Origin: Macrostomum lignano
Lineage: Eukaryota
Length of the DNA stretch: 64,000 nt
Direction of reading: 5' to 3'
Assembly: GCA_002269645.1 (NCBI GenBank)
Contig: NIVC01000302.1
Coordinates: forward strand, 130,303 to 194,302
Shown: positions 13,201-26,413 of the stretch, in pieces
Position numbering within the stretch: the stretch's first letter is position 1
How the letters are laid out: the number at the start of each line of letters is the position of its first letter
Made by a program: the position numbers and the translations under genes
Notes under the pieces: model-generated
The model's input: only the letters and a program-made list of their open reading frames with translations
Database searches by the model: none
Told to the model about the DNA's origin: nothing

Positions 13201-16200
13201 GCTCTGTCGTCTTTAATCTCTTATCTCTCATATCTACTGTCTTTCTATCATCTTTCTATCCTCTCTTCTCCTTGAAATCTCTCTTCTCTTTACTCTCTTA
13301 TCTGACGGACTGAAAGCGCCGATAATCAAACCAATTGAAATTTGTTACCAGCCTCCTCCATTACTGAATTTACTCAAATGATAGCTGGCCTGAATTTGTG
13401 TACTCAACCCCCCCCAACTACAATCTTGGCAGAAATTTTAAAAGTATGGAATCGTTTTTTCAATGCTGTGCTTTTTGTTTTCATATTTAAAGCAAATAAC
13501 TTAAATCCCCGAATTCAGCGTTGCAAGATCCTTCCAGCAATATAAGTCTCTCCTCTCAAAGTTAAAAAAAAGGAACAGTTAACGTCTGAACTTCCCGGTT
13601 CAAAGCATTAAGTATCGAGTGTACATTCACCTGCCTGCTGTTTATTCATTGAATTTCACTGCCCAGCTAATATACAGACAGGCTGCCTTTTGAAAGGCGC
13701 CGATAGTAAAACCAATTGAATCTCGACACAGTCCTATCTATCTGTTTACAATGTACATTGCTATGTACACTCAGCCCAAACCAACCCTCCGTTCTGGAGG
13801 GAAGCATTAAATTTAACTGAACCCCCCAACACGCGGGGTTTTATTAGCATTGAACCCAGAACACGCATCAACCACCCCTCCAATACACAGCGACCTGCGG
13901 GGGGAGGTTGGGGTGGTTGTTTTTACAATAATGCCACTGGAGAGGCAAAGTGGCCAAAGAAGGTTAAGAAAACAGTTTTTTGCTTTTTTAACGGACTTGA
14001 CTTTTAATTTTTCAACATTAAAATAGCCTATTTGTTGCGTAGGAAAATTTTGAATTGATATATGTAAGTCCCGCATTTGAGTTGCCAGCCGTCTAGGAGG
14101 AGATACGCGTTAAACCCGGCCGGTCGATCGACCCACTCGACCTTAGCTTTAGATATAAGACGAGGCCAACTCCTCCGTTGGCGGAGTGAGGGGATAGAAC
14201 TCCCATCGCCAGAATTTCATTCCCCGAAACCATCAGCTGAATCCAATGACACGAATCCCATCGTCCAAATCCTCTCCAAATCCTATATTAACCTCCCAAA
14301 AACCATGTTGTTTTACCTGTGTGCAAAAATTGACTGCCTGCCATTGTCCAGATTGAGACTCTCGTCTGTCCCTCTCTCCTCTTTGCTCTCTCATCTCTAA
14401 TCTCTCCTATCTCCTCTCTGCTCTCATCTGCTCGTTTATCAATCATTTCTCATCTCATCTCTTATCTCTCATCTCTACTCTCTTATCTCTCCTTTCTGCA
14501 CTCTCATATCTAGACTCTCTTCTTTCTCCTCACCACTTTCTCCTCTACTTTTTCCTCTCTTCTCTTTTATCTCTTCACTCTCCTCTCCTTTATCTCCTCT
14601 CTGCTCTCTCATCTTTCTACTTTCTCCCTCTCCTCTCTCCCTTATCCTCTCGCTTCTCTCTCCCCTCATCTTTACTCATTTATCTCTTCTCTCTCGTCTT
14701 TTGGCTCTACTCCCTCCTGTCTCCTCTTTCTCCTCTCTTACCCCCTCTCCTCTCTCCTCTCAATTCCCCCATCTCTTCTCTCGCCTTTATTCTCTTTTTC
14801 TTTTCTCTAATCTGCCCTTTTGATTCTCTCTTTTCATGTTCTCTTTCCTCTAATATTTTATTCACTCTTTCCTTTCTCTTTTCTCTATTCCCTTTCATTT
14901 AGCCATTTCATCCTCTCTATGAAACAGATATCATCAAAATCATCTCCGTTAAATGCAATCTCCTTCAAGTGTATCATCTCCTTCAAGCTACAATCCATCA
15001 TTTAAAAAAATATTATCTCTATCAAATTTCAGTCACTCAAGACTATGAAACTGAAGTCTATAAAATATGCTTTTTACTTGTCTGGATATACGTCAAAAAA
15101 ATTAAAAAAATCCTCCATAAAACCTCTGAAATATCATAGCATGTTTTCCCTGTTTGCAAAAATTAATCTCTCCTATCTCCTCTCTGCTCTCTCATCTCTA
15201 ATCTCTCCTATCTCCTCTCTGCTCTCATCTCCTCGCTTATCTATCATTTCTCATGTCTACTCTCTTATCTCTCCTCACTACTTTCTCCTCTCAACTTTTT
15301 CCTCTCTCCTCTTTTATCTCTTCTCTCTCCTCTCCTTTATCTCCTCTCTGCTCTCTCATCTCTCTACTTTCTCCCCTCTCCTCTCTCCCTTATCCTCTTG
15401 CTTCTCTCTCCTCTCTCTCCCCTCATCTCTACTAATTTATCTCTTCTCTCTCGTCTTTTGGCTCTACTCCCTCTGTCTCCTCTTTCTCCTCTCTTACCCC
15501 TCTCCTCTCTCCTCTCAATTCCTTCATCTCTTCTCTCGCCTTTATTCTCTTTTTTTCTTTTCTCTAATCTGTCCCTTTTAATTCTTTTAATTCAATTTAA
15601 CCATTTCATCCTCTCCATGAAACAGCTATCATCAAAATCCTCTCCGTTAAACTGCAATCTAGCTTGTATCATCCTCCTTCAAGCTACAATCCATCGATTT
15701 AAAAAAATACTATCTCTATCAAATTTCAGTCAATCAAGACTATGAAACTGAAGTCTATAAAAATATGATTTTTACTTGTCTGGGTATACGTCAAAAAATC
15801 TTCCAAATCTTCCAAATCCTCCATAAAACCTCTGAAATATCATAGCATGTTTTCCCTGTTTACAAAAATTGACTGCCATCGTCCAGACTGAGACTCTCTC
15901 CTGTCGCCTCTCTCCTCTTTGCTCCTTTATCTAATCTCTTCTTTCTACTTCCTGCTCTCCCTCTACGCTCTCATCTCTACTCTTACTTTCTTATCAATCA
16001 CCTCCCATCTCTCATCTCTCCCCTCTACGCTCTCATCTCTATTTTCTCATCTCTATTCTCTCATCTTTCCCCTTTTGCTCTCTCATTTGTTTTTTCATCT
16101 CTCTCTTCTCTCCCTTCTCTTCTCGCTTCGCTCTCTCCCCTCTTCTCTCTATCTCTTCTCTCCTGTCTTCTCTCAATTCTCTCTATCTCTCCTCTTCTCT

Positions 16201-17759
16201 CTCATCTCTCATCTCTACTCGCTTATCTATCGCCTCTCCTCTACCCTGTCCTCTCTCTCTCCTCTTTTTTCTCTCTCGTCTCTCCTCTCTGCTCTCAATT
16301 CTCATACTCCTTTTTTCTCTCTTACCCTCTCCCTCTTCATCTCTCATCTTTCCCCTCTTCTCTCTACCGTCTCCTGTCTCATCTCTCCTCTCTCTTCTCT
16401 CTCCTCTGTACTATCTTATCCCTCCTCTCTCCTCCCATCTTTCCTCCCTCCTTTGCTCTCTCATTTTCCTCTCTCCCCTCCTTTCTTCCCTCTACTTTCT
16501 CTTCTCTTCGCTCTCCCTCTTCATCATTCCCGCCTCACTCCCCTCTTCTCTCCCCTCTGGCTCTGTCGTCTTTAATCTCTTATCTCTCATATCTACTGTC
16601 TTTCTATCATCTTTCTATCCTCTCTTCTCCTTGAAATCTCTCTTCTCTTTACTCTCTTATCTGACGGACTGAAAGCGCCGATAATCAAACCAATTGAAAT
16701 TTGTTACCCGCCTCCTCCATTACTGAATTTACTCAAATGATAGCTGGCCTGAATTTGTGTACTCAACCCCCCCCCCCCAACTACAATCTTGGCAGAAATT
16801 TTAAAAGTATGGAATCGTTTTTTCAATGCTGTGCTTTTTGTTTTCATATTTAAAGCAAATAACTTATATCCCCGAATTCAGCGTTGCAAGATCCTTCCAG
16901 CAGTATAAGTCTCTCCTCTCAAAGTTAAAAAAAAGGAACAGTTAACGTCTGAACTTCCCAGTTCAAAGCATTAAGTATCGAGTGTACATTCACCTTCCTG
17001 CTGTTTATTCATTGAATTTCACTGCCCAGCTAATATACAGACAGGCTGCCTTTTGAAAGGCGCCGATAGTAAAACCAATTGAATCTCGACACAGTCCTAT
17101 CTATCTGTTTACAATGTACATTGCTATGTACACTCAGCCCAAACCAACCCTCCGTTCTGGAGGGAAGCATTAAATTTAACTGAACCCCCCAACACGCGGG
17201 GGTTTTATTAACATTGAACCCAGAACACGCATCAACCACCCCTCCAATACACAGCGACCTGCGGGGGGAGGTTGGGGTGGTTGTTTTTACAATAATGCCA
17301 CTGGAGAGGCAAAGTGGCCAAAGAAGGTTAAGAAAACAGTTTTTTGCTTTTTTAACGGACTTGACTTTTAATTTTTCAACATTAAAATAGCCTATTTGTT
17401 GCGTAGGAAAATTCTGAATTGATATATGTAAGTCCCGCATTTGAGTTGCCAGCCGTCTAGGAGGAGATACGCGTTAAACCCGGCCGGTCGATCGACCCAC
17501 TCAGCTTTAGATATAACGAGGCCAACTCCTCCGTTGGCGGAGTAAGGGGAAGAACTCCCATCGCCAGAATTTCATTTTCTGAAATCCATCAGCTGAATCC
17601 AATGACACGAATCCCATCGTCCAAATCCTCTCCAAATCCTCTATTAACCCCCCAAAAATCATGTTGTTTTACCTGTTTGCAAAAATTGACTGCCTGCCAT
17701 CATTCCTGCCTCACTCCCCTCTTCTCTCCCCTCTGTCGTCGACTCGTCTTTAATCTCAC

Positions 17760-18148
17760 TGTCGCGACTTTCCTAGTCATTTCTTTAGTTCACCTTCACT
17801 TGTCTCTGTTTACTCTGTTTTCTCTCTTCTCTGTCCAGCTCAATCTTGTTATTCTTATCTCTCTCTCCCTTGCTGCCTTCTGATTGGCTCTCCATTCTCG
17901 CCTCTCTCTTCAGTCGCGCACTCCACCCCCTCTCTTTATTATTCTAGGCTCAACCCCCAAAGTTAAATGTTCTATAAATATATCGGTTTGGGCCCTGCGC
18001 CCACTTACTGCTCCTTCAATTTAACTCCAATTAAATAGTTTTTAGTTTAGTTAGTATTTTTTCTACATGGCGCCCAATGTGGGGCTTATCTTAGATTCAA
18101 TTTAACTCCAAGTAACTCTCTAGTCTTTAGTTTAGTATTTTTTCTACA
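17760..18148 (+). mobile_element. Miniature LTR element, copy 2
   Basis: Same structure as copy 1, PBS at 18068, TSD CTCAC. Confidence 0.8.
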
Positions 18149-18605
18149 CTCACAGCTCTCATATCTACTGTCTTTTCCATTATCTTTCTATCCTCTCTTC
18201 TCCTTGAAATCTCTTCTCTCTACTCTCTTATCTGACGGACTGAAAGCGCCGATAATCAAACCAATTGAAATTTATCACCCGCCTCCTCCATTACTGAAAT
18301 TACTCAAATGATAGCTGGCTTGAATTTGTGTACGCAACCTTCCCCCCAACTACAATCTTGGCAGAAAGTTTAAAAGTATGGAAATCGTTTTTTCAATGCT
18401 GTGCTTTTTGTTTTCATTTAAAACAAATAACTTATATCCCCAAACTCAGCGTTGCAAGATCTTTCCAGCAATACAAATTCTCTCCTCTCAAAGCTTAAAA
18501 CTCAAGGAACAGTTAGCGTTTGAACTTCCCGATTTAAAGCATTGAAGTATCTATCGAGTGTACATTCACTGCCTGCTAGCTAGTAAGAGGCTCGCAAGTT
18601 TATTC

Positions 18606-18643
18606 CAGGGACTACTCAATTCTAGAGAATTGAGTAGTCCCTG
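18606..18643. mobile_element. 38-bp TIR-only hAT-like insertion, copy 2
   Basis: Same palindrome and GTTTATTC TSD. Confidence 0.8.
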
Positions 18644-20859
18644 GTTTATTCATTGAATTTAGCTGCCCAGCTAAATACAGTCTTGAAAGACGCCGATAAT
18701 AAAACCAATTGAATATCGACACAGTCCTTATCTATCTGTTTACACAGTACATTGCTATGTACACTCAGCCCAAACCAACCCCCCTATTCCGGGGGAATCA
18801 TTAAATTTTACTTCACCCCCAACACGCGGGGTTTTATTAGCATTGAACCCAGAACACGCGTCACCCACCCCTCCAATACACAGCGACCCGCGGGAGGAGG
18901 TTGGGGTGGTTGTTTTTACAATTATGCCACTACCCCTCCACTGGAGAGGCAAAGTGGCCAAAGAAGGTTAAGAAAACAGTTTTCTGCTTTTTTAACTGAC
19001 TTAATTTTGGAAATTTCAACATTAAAATAGCCTATTTGTTGCGTAGGAAAATTCTGCATTGATATATGTAAGTCCCGCATTTGAGTTGCCAGCCGTCTAG
19101 GAGGAGATACGCGTTAAACCCGGCCGGTCGATCGATCCACTCAGCTTTAGATATAAGACGAGGCCAACTCCTCCGTTGGCGGAGTAAGGGGAAGAACTCC
19201 CATCGCCAGAATTTCATTTTCTGAAATCCATCAGCTGAATCCAATGACACGAATCCCATCGTCCAAATCCTCTCCAAATCCTCTATTAACCCCCCAAAAA
19301 TCATGTTGTTTTACCTGTTTGCAAAAATTGACTGCCTGCCATTGTCCAGATTGAGACTCTCGTCTGTCCCTCTCTCCTCTTTGCTCTCTCATCTCTAATC
19401 TCTCCTATCTCCTCTCTGCTCTCATCTGCTCGTTTATCAATCATTTCTCATCTCATCTCTTATCTCTCATCTCTACTCTCTTATCTCTCCTTTCTGCACT
19501 CTCATATCTAGACTCTCTTCTTTCTCCTCACCACTTTCTCCTCTACTTTTTCCTCTCTTCTCTTTTATCTCTTCACTCTCCTCTCCTTTATCTCCTCTCT
19601 GCTCTCTCATCTTTCTACTTTCTCCCCTCTCCTCTCTCCCTTATCCTCTCGCTTCTCTCTCCCCTCATCTTTACTCATTTATCTCTTCTCTCTCGTCTTT
19701 TGGCTCTACTCCCTCCTGTCTCCTCTTTCTCCTCTCTTACCCCTCTCCTCTCTCCTCTCAATTCCCCCATCTCTTCTCTCGCCTTTATTCTCTTTTTCTT
19801 TTCTCTAATCTGCCCTTTTGATTCTCTCTTTTCATGTTCTCTTTCCTCTAATATTTTATTCACTCTTTCCTTTCTCTTTTCTCTATTCCCTTTCATTTAG
19901 CCATTTCATCCTCTCTATGAAACAGATATCATCAAAATCATCTCCGTTAAATGCAATCTCCTTCAAGTGTATCATCTCCTTCAAGCTACAATCCATCATT
20001 TAAAAAAATATTATCTCTATCAAATTTCAGTCACTCAAGACTATGAAACTGAAGTCTATAAAATATGCTTTTTACTTGTCTGGATATACGTCAAAAAATT
20101 AAAAAAATCCTCCATAAAACCTCTGAAATATCATAGCATGTTTTCCCTGTTTGCAAAAATTGACTGCCAGGTCCAGACTGAGACTCTCTCCTGTCTCCTC
20201 TCTCCTCTTTGCTCCTTTATCTAATCTCTTCTCTCTGCTCTCATCTCCTCTCTCCTCTCTACTCTTACTTTCTTATCAATCACCTCCCATCTCTCATCTC
20301 TCCTCTCTGCGCTCTTATCTCTTTTTTCTTATCTCTATTCTCTCATCTTTTCCCTTTGCTCTCTCATTTCTTTTCTCATCTCTCTCCTGAGTCCTCTCTC
20401 TCTTCTCTTCTCGCTTCTCTCTCTCCCGTCTTCTCTCCTGTCTTCTCTCAATTGTCTCTTATCTCTCTTCTTCTCTCCCATCTCTCATCTCTACTCGCTT
20501 ATCTATCGCCTCTCCTCTACCCTGCCCTCTCTCTCTCTCTTCTCTTTTCTCTCTCGTCTCTTCTCTCTGCTCTCATTTCTCATACTCCTATTTTCTCTCT
20601 TACCCTCTCCTTTTTCATCTCTCATCTTTCCCCTCTCCTCTCTACCGTCTCCTGTCTCATCTCTCTTCTCTCTTCTCTCTCCTCTGTACTCTCTTATCCC
20701 TCTCTCCTCCCATCTTTCCTCCCTCCTTTGCTCTCTCATTTTTCCTCTCTCCCCTCCTTTCTTCCCTCTACATTCTCTTCTCTTCGCTCTCCCTCTTCAT
20801 CATTCCTGCCTCACTCCCCTCTTCTCTCCCCTCTGTCGTCGACTCGTCTTTAATCTCAC

Positions 20860-21249
20860 TGTCGCGACTTTCCTAGTCATTTCTTTAGTTCACCTTCACT
20901 TGTCTCTGTTTACTCTGTTTTCTCTCTTCTCTGTCCAGCTCAATCTTGTTATTCTTATCTCTCTCTCCCTTGCTGCCTTCTGATTGGCTCTCCATTCTCG
21001 CCTCTCTCTTCAGTCGCGCACTCCACCCCCTCTCTTTATTATTCTAGGCTCAACCCCCCAAAGTTAAATGTTCTATAAATATATCGGTTTGGGCCCTGCG
21101 CCCACTTACTGCTCCTTCAATTTAACTCCAATTAAATAGTTTTTAGTTTAGTTAGTATTTTTTCTACATGGCGCCCAATGTGGGGCTTATCTTAGATTCA
21201 ATTTAACTCCAAGTAACTCTCTAGTCTTTAGTTTAGTATTTTTTCTACA
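20860..21249 (+). mobile_element. Miniature LTR element, copy 3
   Basis: Same structure as copy 1, PBS at 21169, TSD CTCAC. Confidence 0.8.
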
Positions 21250-21706
21250 CTCACAGCTCTCATATCTACTGTCTTTTCCATTATCTTTCTATCCTCTCTT
21301 CTCCTTGAAATCTCTTCTCTCTACTCTCTTATCTGACGGACTGAAAGCGCCGATAATCAAACCAATTGAAATTTATCACCCGCCTCCTCCATTACTGAAA
21401 TTACTCAAATGATAGCTGGCTTGAATTTGTGTACGCAACCTTCCCCCCAACTACAATCTTGGCAGAAAGTTTAAAAGTATGGAAATCGTTTTTTCAATGC
21501 TGTGCTTTTTGTTTTCATTTAAAACAAATAACTTATATCCCCAAACTCAGCGTTGCAAGATCTTTCCAGCAATACAAATTCTCTCCTCTCAAAGCTTAAA
21601 ACTCAAGGAACAGTTAGCGTTTGAACTTCCCGATTTAAAGCATTGAAGTATCTATCGAGTGTACATTCACTGCCTGCTAGCTAGTAAGAGGCTCGCAAGT
21701 TTATTC

Positions 21707-21744
21707 CAGGGACTACTCAATTCTAGAGAATTGAGTAGTCCCTG
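21707..21744. mobile_element. 38-bp TIR-only hAT-like insertion, copy 3
   Basis: Same palindrome and GTTTATTC TSD. Confidence 0.8.
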
Positions 21745-24644
21745 GTTTATTCATTGAATTTAGCTGCCCAGCTAAATACAGTCTTGAAAGACGCCGATAA
21801 TAAAACCAATTGAATATCGACACAGTCCTTATCTATCTGTTTACACAGTACATTGCTATGTACACTCAGCCCAAACCAACCCCCCTATTCCGGGGGAATC
21901 ATTAAATTTTACTTCACCCCCAACACGCGGGGGTTTTATTAGCATTGAACCCAGAACACGCGTCACCCACCCCTCCAATACACAGCGACCCGCGGGAGGA
22001 GGTTGGGGTGGTTGTTTTTACAATTATGCCACTACCCCTCCACTGGAGAGGCAAAGTGGCCAAAGAAGGTTAAGAAAACAGTTTTCTGCTTTTTTAACTG
22101 ACTTAATTTTGGAAATTTCAACATTAAAATAGCCTATTTGTTGCGTAGGAAAATTCTGCATTGATATATGTAAGTCCCGCATTTGAGTTGCCAGCCGTCT
22201 AGGAGGAGATACGCGTTAAACCCGGCCGGTCGATCGATCCACTCAGCTTTAGATATAAGAGAAGACGAGGCCAACTCCTCCGTTGGCGGAGTAAGGGGAT
22301 AGAACTCCCATCGCCAGAATTTCATTCCCTGAAATCCATCAGCTAAATCCAATGACACGAATCCCATCGTCCAAATCCTCTCCAAATCCTCTATTAACCT
22401 CCCAAAAACCATGTTGTTTTACCTGTTAGCAAAAATTGACTGCCTGCCATTGTCCAGACTGAGACTCTCGTCTGTCCCTCTCTCCTCTTTGCTCTCTCAT
22501 CTCTAATCTCTCCTATCTCCTCTCTGCTCTCATCTGCTCGTTTATCAATCATTTCTCATCTCATCTCTCATCTCTCATCTCTACTCTCTTATCTCTCCTT
22601 TCTGCGCTCTCATATCTACTCTCTTCTTTCTCCTCACTACTTTCTCCTCTCTACTTTTTCCTCTCTCCTCTTTTATCTCTTCTCTCTCCTCTCCTTTATC
22701 TCCTCTCTGCTCTCTCATCTCTCCACTTTCTCCCCTCTCCTTTCTCCCTTATCCTCTCGCTTCTCTCTCCTCTCTCTCCCCTCATCTCTACTCATTTATC
22801 TCTTCTCTCTCGTCTTTTGGCTCTACTCCCTCCTGTCTCCTCTTTCTCCTCTCTTACCCCTTCTCCTCTCTCCTCTCAATTCCCTCATCTCTTCTCTCGC
22901 CTTTATTCTCTTTTTCTTTTCTTTAATTTGTCCCTTTTGATTCTCTCTTTTCATGTTCTCTTTCATCTAATTATTTATCTACTCTTTCCTTTTCTCTTTT
23001 CTCTATTCCCTTTCATTTAGCCATTTCATCCTCTCCATGAAACAGATATCATCAAAATCATTTTCGTTAAATGCAATCCAGCGTGTATCATCTCCTTCAA
23101 GCTACAATCCATCAATTTAAAAAATATTATCTCTATCAAATTTCAGTCACTCAAGACTATGAAACTGAAGTCTATAAAAATATGCTTTTTACTTGTCTAG
23201 GTATACGTCAAAAAATTTAAAAAATCCTCCATAAAACCTCTGATATATCATAGCATGTTTTCCCTGTTTGCAAAAATTGACTGCCATCGTCCAGACTGAG
23301 ACTCTCTCCTGTCTCCTCTCTCCTCTTTGCTCCTTTATCTAATCTCTTCTCTCTGCTCTCATCTTCTCTCTCCTCTCTACTCTTACTTTCTTATCAATCA
23401 CCTCCTATCTCTCATCTCTCCTCTCTGCGCTCTCTATTTTCTCATCTCTATTCTCTCATCTTTCCCCTCTCCTCTCTACCGTCTCCTGTCTCATCTCTCC
23501 TCTCTCTTCTATCTCCTCTGTACTCTCTTATCCCTCCTCTCTCCTCCCATCTTTCCTCCCTCCTTTGCTCTCTCATTTTCCTCTCCCCTCCTTTCTTCCC
23601 TCTACATTCTCTTCTCTTCACTTTCCCTCTTCATCATTCCTGCCTCACTCCCCTCTTCTCTCCCCTCTTTCGTCGACGGACTGAAAGCACCGATATAATT
23701 AAACCAATTGAAATTTGTCACCCGCCTCCTCCATTACTGAAATTACTCAAATGACAGCTGGCTTGAATTTCTGTACGCAGCCCCCCCTCCAAGTACAATC
23801 TTGGCAGAAAGTTTAAAAGTATGGAAATCGTTTTTTCAATGCTGTGCTTTTTGTTTTCATATTTAAAGCAAATAACTTATATCCCCAAACTCAGCGTTGC
23901 AAGATCTTTCCAGCAATATAAATTCTCTCCTCTCAAAGCTTAAAACTCGAGGAACAGTTAGCGTTTAAACTTCCCGATTTAAAGCATTGAAGTATCTATC
24001 GAGTGTACATTCACTGCCTGCTAGCTAGTAAGAGGCTCGCAAGTTTATTCATTGAATTAGCTGCCCAGCTAAATACACAGTCTTGAAAGACGCCGATAAT
24101 AAAACCAATTGAATCTCGACACAGTCCTTATCTATCTGTTTACACAGTACATTGCTATGTACACTCAGCCCAAACCAACCCCCCCTATTCCGGGCCGGGG
24201 GGAATCATTAAATTTTACTTCACCCCCAACACGCGGGGGTTTTATTAGCATTGAACCCAGAACACGCGTCACCCACCCCTCCAAAACACAGCGACCCGCG
24301 GGAGGAGGTTGGGGTGGTTGTTTTTACAATTATGCCACTACCCCTCCACTGGAGAGGCAAAGTGGCCAAAGAAGGTTAAGAAAACAGTTTTCTGCTTTTT
24401 TAACTGACTTAATTTTGGAAATTTCAACATTAAAATAGCCTATTTGTTGCGTAGGAAAATTCTGGATTGATATATATAAGTCCCGCATTTGAGTTGCCAG
24501 CCGTCTAGGAGGAGATACGCGTTAAACCCGGCCGGTCGATCGATCCACTCAGCTTTAGATATAAGATACCCTGGTACTAATGACAGTAGCATGTATGATT
24601 TATTGGCATCTTTTTACGCAATTTCGCGTAATTTTCTTATCCAG

Positions 24645-24825
24645 CGAATTTCACCGTCGCAAAGAGAAGCACTGGCGCAAGGACGCGATTAAAGCATTGA
24701 AATTTGTTCAGGTTGCTAAGCAACGGGGCTGGCGTCTGCCCGGCTCCGGCTGCGATAATAATAATGGCGATGATGGCGGAGACTGGTATATGGACTTCTC
24801 TGGCGGCGAATATATTGAAGAGCCG
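24645..24825 (+). CDS. NVL: NVL-like AAA ATPase, first visible exon (N-terminal domain)
   Basis: TTTTCTTATCCAG acceptor and GTGAGT donor. EFHRRKEKHWRKDAIKALKFV resembles the NVL N-terminal basic helix and joins the next exon in phase 0. Confidence 0.6.
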
Positions 24826-25208
24826 GTGAGTTCTTAACGACGAAATTCCAAGTGCAGAGCTGTTAAGTTAAGCAGGGTTGATCGCGGTTAGTACGCGGAT
24901 TACTTAACTTTATGCTGTGATAGTTAAAGATGTCTTACTAGCCTGTAGCGTCTAGTTCTACTTCTTGCGGTTCATGCGGTTAAATTTTTCGATGCAAAAA
25001 TTAGACTTTCTCACGAATCTATTCGAGTCAAAAGGTTCTTTTTTCTAATGCGCTGGTTGACCCATTCTGTTGATTAGTTTTACCGATTTCACTCCGAAAA
25101 TTTTGCCTATGAGATCTACCTGGAGATGTAGGACTGGGAAAATCATATGGCTACCCCATCGCAATAGCTTTGGTGCCCTTGGAGAAGCGCTCTGGAAACG
25201 GCGCCAGT

Positions 25209-25752
25209 GGGATAGCGATGGCGCTCTTGGGGATAGCGATGGCGCTCTTGGGGATAGCGATAGCGCTCTTGGGGATAGCGATGGCGCTCTTGGGGATAGC
25301 GATGGCGCTCTTGGGGATAGCGATGGCGCTCTTGTGGACAGCGATGGTGCCATTGGTATATCGATGGCGCCCCTGGGATTGCGATGGCACCCCTGGGATA
25401 GTGATGGCGCCCTTGGTTTAGCGATGGCGTCCTTAGGATAGCGATGGCGCCCTTAGGATAGCGATGGCGCCCTTAGGATAGCGATGGCGCCCTTAGGATA
25501 GCGATGGCGCCCTTAGGATAGCGATGGCGCCCCTGGGATTGCGATGGCACCCCTGGGATAGTGATGGCGCCCTTGGTTTAGCGATGGTGCTCTTGGGGAT
25601 AGCGATAGCGCCCTTAGGATAGCGATGGCGCCCTTAGGATAGCGATGGCGCCCTTAGGATAGCGATGGCACCCCTGGGATAGCGATGGCACCCCTGGGAT
25701 AGCGATGGCGCCCCTGGGATAGCGATGGCGCCCCTGGGATAGCGATGGCATC
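25209..25752. repeat. 20-21 bp minisatellite (GGATAGCGATGGCGCCCTTA)n in NVL intron
   Basis: Direct tandem copies. Confidence 0.95.
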
Positions 25753-26050
25753 TCTGGTGCAGACACCTGTGGTCGACGTGCTGGTGAAATTTTGAGGCTT
25801 AGCAAGGCCGCACTGAGGCGCAGTGCTGATTGGTGCACGCTGCACAGGGGTGCATTGAGTACACTGGCGCTTTTGGGGAAAATTCGACCCTCTGGCAGAA
25901 TTGTTGAATATCTAGACGGTCCGAAGGGCTGGCGACTAAGCTGAGGGGAGATCCCCCCCCCCCTGGTTTGGTATTCCTACTGTGTTTTAAAGCTGATGAT
26001 TAAGCGGAAGAAATTAAAGAACAAATCTTTTTTTCTGCTGTTTTCCTCAG

Positions 26051-26413
26051 GACTACCGCAGCAGTCTCAACGAAGCCAGTCTGCGCAGAATTCGCGAAAC
26101 CGCAGCAGCCGCCTCCGGCAATCACGCCACGCCGACTTCGATAGCAACTACCGGCGATGAACACGACGATTTGGAGCCGGTGGACAACGGCGACGACATC
26201 GCGTCATCGTCGGCTACACCGCTGCCTCCTCCGTCGAAGCGTCGGCGTCGTCTGCGCAAATCCGACGAGCCAGCAGGAGCGGCGGCGGCGGTTGCGTCAG
26301 TTGAACGGAGAAGCCTGGCCACTCGGCTGGTGGACGAGATGGAGCTGGAATTTAGCGTGCCGCAGTTGAATTCGGAGGCGCTGTTCAAGGACCTGTTCCA
26401 CGAGGAGCTGATG
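26051..26413 (+). CDS. NVL: NVL exon (low-complexity linker with NLS-like PSKRRRR)
   Basis: TTTTCCTCAG acceptor, open frame DYRSSLNEASL...EELM, ending at a G|GCAAGT donor just before an in-frame stop. Confidence 0.7.

Larger units (their letters stand above)
1..24566 (-). mobile_element. Tandem head-to-tail array of non-autonomous Helitron-like units (9 complete units plus a partial one)
   Basis: Minus-strand start A|TCTTATATCTAAAGCTGAG at 24566. Each junction reads hairpin CTCCG-CCAA-CGGAG, 12 nt, CTCG, then TCTTATATCT (or TTATATCT). Junctions are at about 555, 3143, 4787, 7441, 10802, 14161, 17517, 19159 and 22266. No TIRs and no Rep/Hel ORF. Confidence 0.7.

Noticed and set aside
882-23698. 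Many Ser/Leu-rich plus-strand ORFs and Arg/Glu-rich minus-strand ORFs
   Set aside because: They are translations of CT tracts that lack stop codons by composition; no domain content.
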